A stretch of DNA of 64,000 nt. Source: a virus. Positions within the stretch are counted from its first letter, which is position 1, and each line of letters begins with the position of its first letter. The position numbers and the translations under genes are program-made. Location of the stretch: IMG/VR virus record IMGVR_UViG_3300044977_000094, positions 111,261 through 175,260 of that record; one strand, written 5' to 3'. Below, one piece after another: positions 47,466-56,747 of this stretch. Under the pieces are notes generated by a model. That model did not search any database. It had not been told where the DNA came from and saw nothing but the letters and a program-made list of their open reading frames with translations.

Positions 47466-48602
47466 TCAGCTGATGCCGTACCAGGTCGACCCGACGCCGC
47501 CGGTGATCAGGTTCGTGGCCTGGTTGGAGAGCGTGATGGGCGTGGGCATCGTGGACTGGCCGCTGCCGTAGTTGGACAACGTCAGGTGCGGCGCCGCCAG
47601 GCCCGCGTTGGCGGTGACGCCGCCGCCCGAGGACTTGAGGGCGAGGACGGTGTAGGTGCCGTTCATGAGCAGGCCGATGAAGTACTCGCCGGGCGGCGCG
47701 TTGGTGAACGGGGAGGTGAACGCGATGGTCTTGACCGTGGCCGTGGTGAAGACGCTGGAGATGTCGGCGGTGACGCACTTCAGGGTGCCGGTGTTGTCGA
47801 ACACGCCGAGGTAGCTGCCGGTGATGGCGCCGTTGTCGAGGACGGCGACACCGAAGCTGATGTTGGTCATGGTGATGGTCTTGCGGAGCACCATGCGCTG
47901 CAGGAGGAGCTTGCCGCCGGTGGAGCTGCTGGCCAGAACGGGTGAGGCACTGGCCAGCAGTGGCGGGAACGACTCCCACAGCATGTTGTTGTCGCCCGCG
48001 AGGTGGCCCTCTTGGGAGTGGCCGTGGCCGGCGTCGGCGTAGCGCCCGGTGGATCCGGTCGAGGTGGTGGAGCCGACGATGGTGATGTCGCCGGACTGGC
48101 CGGTGACCGGGATCTGGTTGAAGGCGGCCGCGTCCTGTGCGCCGGATCCGTTGGCCAGCGACGTGATCTTCTGGCCGTCGAGGCTGACCGGCTCGGTGAA
48201 GACGTTGCTGCCGGACCAGGTGTTGTTGCCGCCCAGCGCCCCGAACTCGGACAGGCTGCCTGCGGGGGAGACAGGGCTGATGCTGGACAGGTCGACGGGG
48301 CTGTCGGCCTGGGGCAGCAGGATGCTGTAGGTGCGGCCGACGGGTGCGAGCTGGCTGCCGAGGCGCTCGACGACGGTGTAGGTCCAGCCGGTGGGGGACA
48401 CAGCGGACGCGTCGGTGGCGACCAGGGAGAGGCTGAACGATCCGGTGCCGTCGAGGGTGGCGGTGACCGGGCCGCTCTGGATGATCAGATTGTTGCTGGA
48501 CGACTGGAGGGTCGTACTCGGGGTGATGGTGACGGTGCCGGTCTCCGGGCTGCCGTTCGCGGTCTGGTAGTGGCCGGTGAGGGTGACCATGGGCAGCGTC
48601 AT
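47466..48602 (-). CDS. Fibre-like virion protein
   Basis: N-terminal GTV.ITP...LD..G.F...L.ATD..GWTY.V.E domain; KITSLANG..AQDAA neck motif; ADAGHGH. Confidence 0.6.
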   Translation of the reverse strand: MTLPMVTLTGHYQTANGSPETGTVTITPSTTLQSSSNNLIIQSGPVTATLDGTGSFSLSLVATDASAVSPTGWTYTVVERLGSQLAPVGRTYSILLPQADSPVDLSSISPVSPAGSLSEFGALGGNNTWSGSNVFTEPVSLDGQKITSLANGSGAQDAAAFNQIPVTGQSGDITIVGSTTSTGSTGRYADAGHGHSQEGHLAGDNNMLWESFPPLLASASPVLASSSTGGKLLLQRMVLRKTITMTNISFGVAVLDNGAITGSYLGVFDNTGTLKCVTADISSVFTTATVKTIAFTSPFTNAPPGEYFIGLLMNGTYTVLALKSSGGGVTANAGLAAPHLTLSNYGSGQSTMPTPITLSNQATNLITGGVGSTWYGIS

Positions 48603-48658
48603 GTGGCTCCTCGGTGCGTGGGCAGCGAGGAGCCACCAGGTGGTCGACCGGGAAGCGG

Positions 48659-48856
48659 TCAGATGGGGTCGGGCAGGAACTCGGCGCCGGGGCCGCGGGC
48701 GGGGCAGTGGCCTTTGACGTGCCACCACTTGGTCTCGCCGAGCCAGGCCCGGCCGCCGCAGCGCGAGCACGTCCCGGGGACCGGATGCCACTCGGCGCGG
48801 GTCCGGAACGGGGCGTCCAGGGTGCGCCAGGCGTCGTCGGGCTTCTCGTCGGTCAC
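48659..48856 (-). CDS. Small Zn-binding protein
   Basis: CSRCG...WWH....C. Confidence 0.55.
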   Translation of the reverse strand: MTDEKPDDAWRTLDAPFRTRAEWHPVPGTCSRCGGRAWLGETKWWHVKGHCPARGPGAEFLPDPI

Positions 48857-49065
48857 TCGGCTCCCGGTTCATGCAGCGACGGCACGAGCCAGTCGGGGCT
48901 GTTCGCGTGCTGCGCGACGTGTTCCCGAAGCGGCTCCGCGTCGCCGACCATCGTCGCCACGAGCCGCCCGTCGCCGTTGGTCTCGACTGGGCCCGGCGTC
49001 AGCGGCACGCTGATCAGTTCGCCGCAGCACGGGCACGGAATCGGGATGACGGAGAAGGTGTCCAT
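48853..49065 (-). CDS. Small Zn-binding protein
   Basis: CPCC...H...H. Confidence 0.55.
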   Translation of the reverse strand: MDTFSVIPIPCPCCGELISVPLTPGPVETNGDGRLVATMVGDAEPLREHVAQHANSPDWLVPSLHEPGAE

Positions 49066-49067
49066 GG

Positions 49068-49595
49068 TCAGCTCCCGCGAACGATGCGCCAGTCGCTGGC
49101 AAGGACGTCCGACTGGGACGCGATCCAAGGCACGAAGTCGCCCTGGGCGGTCATCATCATCAGGTACGGCCGGAAGCGGCACACGGTGCCCTCGGGGATG
49201 CCCGTGGCCCGCGCCGTGTTGGCGTTGATCGGGATGCCGTCCGGGTAGCCGGCCTGCAGCACGATGAACATGCCCGACCCGTTCCAACCGTCGCGGCTGA
49301 CTCGCTTGCCGCCGTTGAGCGCGCCGAGAGCCTCGCCGAAGTCCATGTCGCGGTCGATGGAGGCCCGGGGGGCTTCCGCGTCGCGGTCGGTGCCGCTGGC
49401 GTCGACTCGCGTCACGGACACGAGGAGGTCGTCGCGGACGGACAGGACCGCCTTGTTGTCGGCATCCTTGAACGTCGTGAAGTTGCCCTCGGACTTGTAG
49501 TAGGCAGCCTCGACGGGCTGCCAGGTGAGGCCGGAGCCGTTGTTGATCTTGACCACGTAGTGGTGCAGGGTGCTGCTGGTCTCGTTGCTGGGCAT
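49068..49595 (-). CDS. tad2: Tad2 (DUF2829) anti-defence sponge domain with extra N-terminal domain
   Basis: MDFGEALGALNGGKRVSRDGWNGSGMFI...PYLMMMTAQG.FVPW.ASQSDVLASDW. Confidence 0.8.
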   Translation of the reverse strand: MPSNETSSTLHHYVVKINNGSGLTWQPVEAAYYKSEGNFTTFKDADNKAVLSVRDDLLVSVTRVDASGTDRDAEAPRASIDRDMDFGEALGALNGGKRVSRDGWNGSGMFIVLQAGYPDGIPINANTARATGIPEGTVCRFRPYLMMMTAQGDFVPWIASQSDVLASDWRIVRGS

Positions 49596-49636
49596 GCGGA
49601 ACTCCAGGTGGTGGTGGTGTTGGTGGTTGTGGTGGT

Positions 49637-49834
49637 TCAGGTCGCGGCGGTTTCGCGGCCGTCGAGGGAGTGGTGCACGATCAGCCAGCCCATCGACCCG
49701 TCACTGCGGGGCACGGGGCGGGGGCTGGGGCCGCAGGGGCAGTCGTCGGTGAACTCGTGGACGATCAGGTCATCGAGCGGGACGGCGTGCGCCGTGTCGT
49801 CGGCGGTGAAGGTCGAGAGCCACTGGCCCGGCAT
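49637..49834 (-). CDS. Small His/Cys metal-binding phage protein
   Basis: H.VP.DD.I.H...CPCGP...HHSLDGRE. Confidence 0.65.
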   Translation of the reverse strand: MPGQWLSTFTADDTAHAVPLDDLIVHEFTDDCPCGPSPRPVPRSDGSMGWLIVHHSLDGRETAAT

Positions 49835-49980
49835 CAGTCGCCGCTCTCGTCGTCCACATCCAGGGACTGGCAGTCGCACGGCCAGCCCGACGCGGACGCG
49901 GACCGGCACTTCCCGTCCGGGCCGTGCTCGGGGACGGTATGACCACAGGAGCAGTAGATCCACGCACCAGAGGTGGCCAT
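49834..49980 (-). CDS. Small Zn-finger protein (48 aa, absent from ORF track)
   Basis: GGAGG RBS; MATSGAWIYCSCGHTVPEH...C...CDC. Confidence 0.6.
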   Translation of the reverse strand: MATSGAWIYCSCGHTVPEHGPDGKCRSASASGWPCDCQSLDVDDESGD

Positions 49981-50113
49981 CGTCACCGCCTCCTGCGTGT
50001 TGGACTCGCGGCCCGGCCTACGGGGGGCGAGCCGGGCCGCGAGCAGCCCGCGACCCTCGACGCGGGCGCGGACACCCCACCGGCGCAGAGCGCAGCAGCA
50101 GGGAGACGGGGAG

Positions 50114-50347
50114 TCAGGCGGCGGCGGTCAGCCGCCCGCGTCGCATCCGAACATCATGCTCAGCCTTCAGCACGTCCACGGCGCGGTACATCGGCGTACG
50201 TACGCCCGGGTTGACGCGGGTCAGGTAGCCGCGATGCGCCCACAGCGCGATCAGGCCCGGCGTCACGCCAGCCGCCTGCGCGGCCTGCTGCGGATTCCAC
50301 AGCGTCGCTTCGAGACTCCCGGTGATCGACACGGGTTCAGTGTCCAT
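50114..50347 (-). CDS. MerR/excisionase-like HTH protein
   Basis: QQAAQAAGV...I..W..RG.L...YR..DV..AE. Confidence 0.75.
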   Translation of the reverse strand: MDTEPVSITGSLEATLWNPQQAAQAAGVTPGLIALWAHRGYLTRVNPGVRTPMYRAVDVLKAEHDVRMRRGRLTAAA

Positions 50348-50384
50348 CGTCTGCACGGAGGCCACCGCCTTCCGGGCATACGAA

Positions 50385-50418
50385 AAGCCCCGCCGACCGG
50401 TAAGGGCTGACGGGGCTT
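50385..50418 (-). terminator. Intrinsic terminator-like hairpin
   Basis: AAGCCCC...GGGGCTT followed by a short U-run on the minus strand. Confidence 0.5.
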
Positions 50419-50426
50419 CGAGACGT

Positions 50427-51200
50427 CTATGCGGCGGTTGACTCCTGGACATACTCCGCCGCCGCTGAGATTACGGCAAACCTGCCCTCTTGGCCAGCCC
50501 TCTCCTCGGACTTGTACTTCTCGGTGAGTTCATCGGACCATGCCTGGTACTCGGCCTCGCTCATCAGGGTTTCGCAGGCCGGGTTGTGGCAGGCGATGTA
50601 GTCCTCGCCGTCGCCGAAGAACAGGGACCGCCAGCCGCACTTCTTGCACGGCGCGGACTTCTGGTCGAGGCGCACGTCCCGCCGAGTGAAGCGCGTCGCG
50701 GCCCGGTTCCAGTGGCTGATCTGCGAGGCTGGGTTCGCCGAGTCCCGGTCGTGCGTTTCCATCGCGGCCGGGTGGTGGGTGAGCGCCCAGTCGAGATGCG
50801 TGAGCAGGAACGCCACTGCTCCGGTGGCTGTCTGGCCCTCGCGTCCCCGGTCGGGGCGGGGATTGAGGTGCCGCAGGTCCCGAAGGTCGTCTTCGAGCTC
50901 GATCAGGCCGCCGACGATGAGGTCCGTCATCAGGCGGGCGGCCTGTCCGGGCCAGACGGCTTCGGGGGAGCGGCCGATCGTGCCCAGCTTGTCGCCCTCG
51001 CGTGTGCCGTTGGTGGCTTCCAGCCAGATGGCGGCGAGGAGTTCGGGGAGCTCGGAGAGTTGGCGGTAGGCGCGGCCTGTGCACGGCAGGCAGTGCACGG
51101 GGGTGCCCCAGGTGGGGGTGAGGTCGTGGGGTTCGCCGGCGGCTTCGGCTTTCCTCCACGGGTTGTTGTGAGAGCCAGGGCAGACGTTGAGCACGGACAT
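50427..51200 (-). CDS. Zn-finger protein, putative late-gene regulator
   Basis: CLPC...L.ELP.L, CKKCG, C.NP.C; position upstream of HTH and terminase. Confidence 0.65.
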   Translation of the reverse strand: MSVLNVCPGSHNNPWRKAEAAGEPHDLTPTWGTPVHCLPCTGRAYRQLSELPELLAAIWLEATNGTREGDKLGTIGRSPEAVWPGQAARLMTDLIVGGLIELEDDLRDLRHLNPRPDRGREGQTATGAVAFLLTHLDWALTHHPAAMETHDRDSANPASQISHWNRAATRFTRRDVRLDQKSAPCKKCGWRSLFFGDGEDYIACHNPACETLMSEAEYQAWSDELTEKYKSEERAGQEGRFAVISAAAEYVQESTAA

Positions 51201-51274
51201 GGCGCAGCTCCCGGTGTGGCAGGAGTGAGGGTAGTGGCTGAGCCAAGTATGCGCCCGTGATCGTCAAGGCGCGG

Positions 51275-51457
51275 TTAGCCCGCGGTCCCGCCGCCCTCGA
51301 CCAACTCCCGATACAGCTGCTCGGCCTCGTCCCAGCTGACGGGTCGGCAGCGGGGCCCGAGCAGGACGCGCCCCCACATGTCCCACTCCCACCGGAACAG
51401 CGCTATGCGCTCGCGGCGTGACTGCCCGTCGGCCTCGGGATCCGGGTCGCTCCTCAC
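51275..51457 (-). CDS. Small hypothetical protein
   Basis: CATCAT 7 nt before GTG (leaderless-like). Confidence 0.45.
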   Translation of the reverse strand: MRSDPDPEADGQSRRERIALFRWEWDMWGRVLLGPRCRPVSWDEAEQLYRELVEGGGTAG

Positions 51458-51563
51458 GGACGCCATGATGCAGGGAGGCACTGACAATCGGGGGCGGGAC
51501 TCGAACATCCGCGCGCCGGACGTGCAGCGCCCCCGCCGACGGGGGACGGCAGGGGCGGGACGG

Positions 51564-51920
51564 TCAGGCGAGGCCGGCCCAGACAGTGCCCGGGGATTCC
51601 GGCGGGTGCTCGTGTCCGGGGATGTTCCGTAGCGCCAGGAACCTGAAGCCGCTCTCGGTCTCGTGCAGCTCGCCGAAGGTGACGGATCGTCCGGCCTCGC
51701 GGTCGCTGCGGGCGGTGTCCTCGGTGATCCTGGCGCCGTCTTGGTCGTACCAGGCCGTCTCCACTATGCCGATCACACGTTCCGTCACCGTCCCGCCTGA
51801 GCCGGGCCAGCCATGTGCGGGCTGGGGTTCCTCGCTGCCCTCCGGTCGCCACCGCATCGCGTCCGCACTGCCGTGCCAGTCGGCGAGGGTGTCGTCGATG
51901 GACGCCAGGATGTCCGTCAT
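51564..51920 (-). CDS. Hypothetical protein
   Basis: DILASID..L...S.DAMRW.P motif. Confidence 0.6.
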   Translation of the reverse strand: MTDILASIDDTLADWHGSADAMRWRPEGSEEPQPAHGWPGSGGTVTERVIGIVETAWYDQDGARITEDTARSDREAGRSVTFGELHETESGFRFLALRNIPGHEHPPESPGTVWAGLA

Positions 51921-52078
51921 GCTCCCAGTCTCCATCCCGGCGCGATCTCCGCGAGCAGCCGCATGCCAGCCTCGACACCACGCAGGTGCTGCTCGGCGGT
52001 AACGCCGCCCAGGACACGGAGATCAAGGGGCTGTGTGCCGCTGGGACGTGCGGTGTGCTCGACCTTCTTCTGTGCCAT
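51917..52078 (-). CDS. Small hypothetical protein (53 aa)
   Basis: MAQKKVEH...; stop overlaps next ATG. Confidence 0.4.
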   Translation of the reverse strand: MAQKKVEHTARPSGTQPLDLRVLGGVTAEQHLRGVEAGMRLLAEIAPGWRLGA

Positions 52079-52109
52079 GGCTCCATCATCCTCTCCGGGT
52101 ACTGAATGG

Positions 52110-52733
52110 TCACGCCCATGGTGGCTTCCCGCCCGCTGCCCACGCGGCGAGCTGTTCCCGTTCGCATACCAGGAACTTGGCCCGGCGGCAGTACTCGGCT
52201 GCGTCCCGGGTCAGGTGCGAGGTGGTGACGATCAGGGCCACGTCGGCGCCGTGGATGACCTTCCAGGTGCCGCCGACCTTCTGTACGTCCTCGGAGGACA
52301 CGCGGTTCGACAGGGCATAGAACTTGTCCTGCACCAGCAGCTTCCGCCCGTCGGGGAGGCGTGCCAGGTTGTCGGCGGCGAAGTCGCCCGCTCCGCCGAC
52401 GCGCCGAACCTGCGTGCAGCCGTCACGGCGCAGCAGGTCCGCGGTGAAGAACTCGAAGGTGGTCGAGTTCAGGGCGAGGATCTGGTTCAGGGTGTGAGCG
52501 CGGTGGAGTCGCTGCTGCTCGCGGCGCCGGTGCATCCGAAGCTGGGCGGCGGCGGCCAGGCCGCCCGCCAGCAGGGCGACCACCACGACGCTGACGATCA
52601 GCACCGCATGGGCGGCTACCTCCTGCAGCAGCACATCGCCGGCCCAGTACGCGCCCAGCAGCCCAAGGAGCACCGCCGCAGGATGGACACGGCGGCGACG
52701 GGTCCAGCGCCGCCAGTGTCGCCGCGCGCTCAC
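52110..52733 (-). CDS. Membrane-anchored Mrr-like restriction endonuclease
   Basis: Two N-terminal TM segments; FEFF.ADLL..DG...VGGAGD.AAD...VQDKFY...A.IVTTS..T..A. Confidence 0.85.
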   Translation of the reverse strand: MSARRHWRRWTRRRRVHPAAVLLGLLGAYWAGDVLLQEVAAHAVLIVSVVVVALLAGGLAAAAQLRMHRRREQQRLHRAHTLNQILALNSTTFEFFTADLLRRDGCTQVRRVGGAGDFAADNLARLPDGRKLLVQDKFYALSNRVSSEDVQKVGGTWKVIHGADVALIVTTSHLTRDAAEYCRRAKFLVCEREQLAAWAAGGKPPWA

Positions 52734-53161
52734 CGACCGGCCTGGAAGCTGGAGTTGTCGCCCTGGTGGAAGTTCTGGATCCGCACCCCGCCTGCCGACT
52801 TCACCACGACGAGCGCGACCGCGCCGCCAACCACGATGGCCGCGACACCGATGAGCGCGTGCGTGGCCAGGGCCATGCCCGCGAACATGAGGTACGACCC
52901 GGCCTCGGCGATGCCGGCGCCGGCCAGGATCCCGAACGCCATCACCCCGCAGCCGTACATGCGCTGCGGCAGCGGATCGTACGGGGGCAACGGCGCGGGC
53001 TGGTAGGCGTAGTACGGGGCGTGCCCTGGCACGGACACCACGCGGGCCGTCGGCGGCACCAGGGCGGGCGCGGCGGGTGGCGTATAGGGGGCGGGCAGGT
53101 TGGCAGGCATGGCGATCGCCTCGTCCTGGGCCCAGTCGTAGAAGTCGGTGCGGACGGACAT
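52730..53161 (-). CDS. Membrane protein (Spd-like)
   Basis: Pro-rich N-terminus plus two TM segments; coupled to TraB-like gene. Confidence 0.65.
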   Translation of the reverse strand: MSVRTDFYDWAQDEAIAMPANLPAPYTPPAAPALVPPTARVVSVPGHAPYYAYQPAPLPPYDPLPQRMYGCGVMAFGILAGAGIAEAGSYLMFAGMALATHALIGVAAIVVGGAVALVVVKSAGGVRIQNFHQGDNSSFQAGR

Positions 53162-55248
53162 CAGTTCTCCTCGGCGCGGAACGCGTACAGGCCGCGGGCG
53201 GGCTGGTGGATGCGGGGATCGGCGGACAGCCACGTGGTAACCGCCGAGCGGGACGGTGCGGTCTGCCCGGGGTAGGTGTCGGCGAACACCGCGATGACGG
53301 CGGACGGGTTGATGCCTTGCGGACCGGCGCAGCGCACGATCTCCACGACCAGGCCGATGCGCGGGTCCGCCCCGGGCTTGGCCGGCGCCTCGGGCTCCTG
53401 CGGCTGCGGGGGCTTGCCCCAGTCGATGCCACCGGCGGCGAGGATCTCGCGGAACTTCTGCTCGGTGTCCGGGTCACGGTCCGTGGCGTCGGACATGGCC
53501 TCGTGCAGGCGACGGCGCACGGCCTCGGCCTCGTCGATCGCCGCCTGCGCGTCCCCGCCCGTGGGCGCCGTGGGGTTGCCCCAGTCGGCGGTGACGCCGG
53601 TGGTGCGCGGCCGCTCCACCGCCTGCTGCTCCTCAGCGACCGCACCGACCGGTACGGGGCCTGCGCCGAAGAGGTGGTCGGTGTTCTCCCAGCGACGCTC
53701 GTACGCCTCGCCCGCTGCCCGGCGGGACAGATCGTCCAGCTCGGGCTGCCGGTCGGCGCAGGCGGCGACAATGTCCCGAATCTGATTGGGCTTGATTCGG
53801 AACACCTTGAAGGGCCGCGCGGGTTCGTCGTCGACCTTGATGAATCCGCAGCCCGGATAGGGGGCCTCGTCGGGGCTTACCCGGTCGGACCAGCCGAACA
53901 GGTACGCCATCTCGGCTTCGTCGGACTTCATGCCGATCTTCAGAGCGGCCTGCTTCACCAACTGCGGTTCGGTCACGACGTCCTGGGTGGCGCGCAGGGC
54001 CGCGTTCTCGACATTGCAGGCCACCGCCCGTCCGAGCTCCAGGATCTGCACGATGATGTCGCCGGTTTCCCGCAGCACCGGATCACGCCGGGCCTTCGGC
54101 GAGAACAGCTCCGCGATCTCGTCGTCGTCCAGCACGATCCCGGGAACCTGCGGGCTGACGGGGAGCTTGTCCGTGTTGGCGGTGATCTCCAGGTGCTTGT
54201 AGCCGGGCTTGCGGGCCTTCGCGATCCGCAGCAGCGCCTTGGCCATGGCCAGCGCCTTCTCCGGCGTGTCCGCGATCCAGTCGATCGGCGGACGGCCCGG
54301 ACGGCCGGCTGCCTCCCAGGCGTGCAGCCAAGCGAGGGCGAGGCCGCCGCCGTTGAGGTCGATCACCCAGGAGAGGCAGTCCGTCATTCGGCACTGGTTG
54401 GCGAGCTTGACGTTCATCAGGTTCGTCTTGCCCGAGCCGCGGCGCCCCGCGGTGAACCCGGACCGCTCGCGCAGGTTGGGTGCCGCGTCGGTGCCGTCAC
54501 GGTAGATGCCGTGCGGATTGGGGCCGTCCAGGGACAGCGGCGAGTAGTCGGTGGGGTAGTCGGCGTCGTCGATCAAGGCGTTGACGGTGGCCACATCGAT
54601 GAGAACGGCGCCGCGGTGCTGGCCGGCTTTCATCTCGACGCCGCAGCCTTCTGGGAGGCGGGCCTCGGCTGCGAGGGAGTCGCAGTAGGGGACGAGGTCG
54701 CGCCACTTGGTTCCGCCGAGGCATTCGGCGTCCAGGGTGAGTCCGGCGCCGGATTCCCACATCTCCACGCCGACGATCTTGACGGTGGCGCCGGTGCACA
54801 CCAGGGCGATGCGGGCATCCCACTCGTCGGCGATCTTCTGCCGCTGGTAGTCCATCGTCGCCCGCTTCACCGCGGCCTCGACGTCGGCCTTGTGCGCGGC
54901 CTGCTCCTCCTCGACGCGGTGCGCGCCGACCAGGGAGATGCCCAAGCCAATCGCGCCCGCAGCCAGGGCGGCGATCACCGGCGGATGCCACGGGCCGACC
55001 TGGACAGCCCACCGGCACCACGCTCCGGTCGCCAACCACGCCGCGGCGTGCAGCGCCAACGTTGGCCAGGGCCAGCGCTTCCGGCGCCCGGCCACCGCAG
55101 TGCCCAGCAGGCCCGCGCCGGCGGCGGCCAGAGCCCAGTCGGCGGGCAGGTGCGCGACGTGCCCGGCGTACGACAGCGCCAGCGCGCTCACAGCGGCGTT
55201 GAACGGCCCGCTGACCGGCCCGTGGCCGCGATCCCAGTCGATGTGCAC
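53161..55248 (-). CDS. traB: FtsK/SpoIIIE-type conjugal transfer ATPase (TraB-like)
   Basis: N-terminal TM region, GRRGSGKT Walker A, IVLDDDE Walker B, GRA, C-terminal wHTH-like region. Confidence 0.75.
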   Translation of the reverse strand: MHIDWDRGHGPVSGPFNAAVSALALSYAGHVAHLPADWALAAAGAGLLGTAVAGRRKRWPWPTLALHAAAWLATGAWCRWAVQVGPWHPPVIAALAAGAIGLGISLVGAHRVEEEQAAHKADVEAAVKRATMDYQRQKIADEWDARIALVCTGATVKIVGVEMWESGAGLTLDAECLGGTKWRDLVPYCDSLAAEARLPEGCGVEMKAGQHRGAVLIDVATVNALIDDADYPTDYSPLSLDGPNPHGIYRDGTDAAPNLRERSGFTAGRRGSGKTNLMNVKLANQCRMTDCLSWVIDLNGGGLALAWLHAWEAAGRPGRPPIDWIADTPEKALAMAKALLRIAKARKPGYKHLEITANTDKLPVSPQVPGIVLDDDEIAELFSPKARRDPVLRETGDIIVQILELGRAVACNVENAALRATQDVVTEPQLVKQAALKIGMKSDEAEMAYLFGWSDRVSPDEAPYPGCGFIKVDDEPARPFKVFRIKPNQIRDIVAACADRQPELDDLSRRAAGEAYERRWENTDHLFGAGPVPVGAVAEEQQAVERPRTTGVTADWGNPTAPTGGDAQAAIDEAEAVRRRLHEAMSDATDRDPDTEQKFREILAAGGIDWGKPPQPQEPEAPAKPGADPRIGLVVEIVRCAGPQGINPSAVIAVFADTYPGQTAPSRSAVTTWLSADPRIHQPARGLYAFRAEEN

Positions 55249-55277
55249 GATCAAGCCCTTCACCCAGTGACCTGGGG

Positions 55278-56627
55278 CTAGTTGGAGGCGACGTCCCACA
55301 TGCGCTCACCGGCGTGGCCCTTGCGGGGCTGCTCGATGCGGGCGATGTCGACGTCGTGGAGCTTGCGGAACGCGGGCTGTAGCTCGCTCGCCATCTCAGC
55401 TGCCTTCAGCTGCAACTGGTGGATCTGCCGCATCATTTCGACGATCTGCGGCGCCAGCGGGTACTTCGCGTCGGCGTTCTCGACCGTGACCTTCATGGCC
55501 TCGGCGTTGAGTTCCAGGGCTTGCTGGAGGCCGGCGAAGTCGGCGCCGACCTGCATCATGCCGGTGGGCTGGTAGTTGGCTGCCGCGCGTGCCGCTTCCA
55601 TGGCGGGGGCGACGAAGTGGTGTCCGGACATGGCGGGGGCTCCCGTGGTCGAGGCGGCGGTGTAGGCGGTGGGTCGTCGGACAGTGGCGGCAACGGTCGG
55701 GGCCGGCGCGGGTACGGCTTTGGCGGCCTTGCGGTTGGCGCGATGCTTGAGCCACGCGGCCTTGGCCCTCTGGGCGCCCTTGCGGAGCGACGCGTGCTTG
55801 ATCACGCCCCACAGGCCGGCCCTAGCCGACCGCAGGGCATCGGCGGCGGCGCCGCGGGCCCGGACGGCGTGGCGGCGGGCAGCAGCGCCGGCCTTGGTGC
55901 GGTGCGGCTTGCTGGCCTTCCAGGCGCGCGCGGACTGCTGGGCGGCGACACGACCGGCGCGGCGGGCGAGGGACGCGGCTGCGCCCTGCCGCTGGCCGGT
56001 CTTGCCCTTCCCGGGCTTCTGCTTCCCATGGCGGTCGGTCTTGCCGGTTCCGCCGCGCATCCGGTCCGCGAGCCGCGCCAACCGCGAGTCCCCAGTGGAA
56101 CCTGCGCTGGAACCTCTGCGGGTTCTGGGGCCGCCGGAACCTGGGGCCGAGCCGGAACCTGATCGGGTTCGGGGCGAACCGGTTCCGACGGAGCCGGTGG
56201 TCGAACCAGGGCGAGAGGTTCGCGCGGAACCAGCAGAGCCCGAACCGGCGCCCGACCGTGACGGAACCGACCAGGACCCGGTTCCGCCGGACCGGTTCGC
56301 GCGGGCAGTCGTCCGACGCTTCACGGTCCCGCGGCGGCGAACCACCCCCGCGGCACCAACCCCGACCATGCCGACGCTTGCGGCCGCCAGGACAGGCCAG
56401 CCGCCCGCCGCGTAGGCACCCGTAGCGGCGAGCGTGGCAGCGTTCCCCGCGGCGGCCAGAGCAGGGCCGGCCGGGATGCCGCGGCGGTGCTTGGACGGGC
56501 GGCTGGGCGGCTGGTGCTCGGCGGATGCGGGCTGCTGCCAGTCGGCCGTGACCGCAGGCACCGGAGCCGCCACGGGTGCTGGGGCCGGGATCGTCGGGGG
56601 TGCTGGCGGGGCCTGGGTGTCCGCCAC
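55278..56627 (-). CDS. Plasmid-transfer accessory protein (TM, basic linker, helical C-domain)
   Basis: AAGGAG RBS; TM segment, Ser/Gly/Arg linker, C-terminal F...H..DI.R..PR...E.MWDV. Confidence 0.65.
   Translation of the reverse strand: MADTQAPPAPPTIPAPAPVAAPVPAVTADWQQPASAEHQPPSRPSKHRRGIPAGPALAAAGNAATLAATGAYAAGGWPVLAAASVGMVGVGAAGVVRRRGTVKRRTTARANRSGGTGSWSVPSRSGAGSGSAGSARTSRPGSTTGSVGTGSPRTRSGSGSAPGSGGPRTRRGSSAGSTGDSRLARLADRMRGGTGKTDRHGKQKPGKGKTGQRQGAAASLARRAGRVAAQQSARAWKASKPHRTKAGAAARRHAVRARGAAADALRSARAGLWGVIKHASLRKGAQRAKAAWLKHRANRKAAKAVPAPAPTVAATVRRPTAYTAASTTGAPAMSGHHFVAPAMEAARAAANYQPTGMMQVGADFAGLQQALELNAEAMKVTVENADAKYPLAPQIVEMMRQIHQLQLKAAEMASELQPAFRKLHDVDIARIEQPRKGHAGERMWDVASN
56046..56343. 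repeat. GAACC/GGTTC motif array 1 (about 17 copies)
   Basis: Counted by hand; both orientations; inside a CDS linker. Confidence 0.8.
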
Positions 56628-56642
56628 GGGGGTCTCCTTGAT

Positions 56643-56738
56643 GTCGTCGTAGTCGTCGTCGCTGGGCCGGGAGGGGCAGGTCATGCGCGTACAGGGGGTG
56701 GGGTGGGTGTCGTCGTCGCCGTGGGCGACTACGACGAC
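56643..56738. repeat. Intergenic GTCGTCG repeats with a 13-bp inverted repeat
   Basis: GTCGTCGTAGTCG (56643-56655) pairs with CGACTACGACGAC (56726-56738); GTCGTCGTCGC occurs twice. Confidence 0.65.
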
Positions 56739-56747
56739 GACGCGGGT

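Noticed and set aside
51490-51520. GTTCGAGTCCC (minus strand) resembling a tRNA T-loop
   Set aside because: Flanks do not form a T-stem and no cloverleaf can be built
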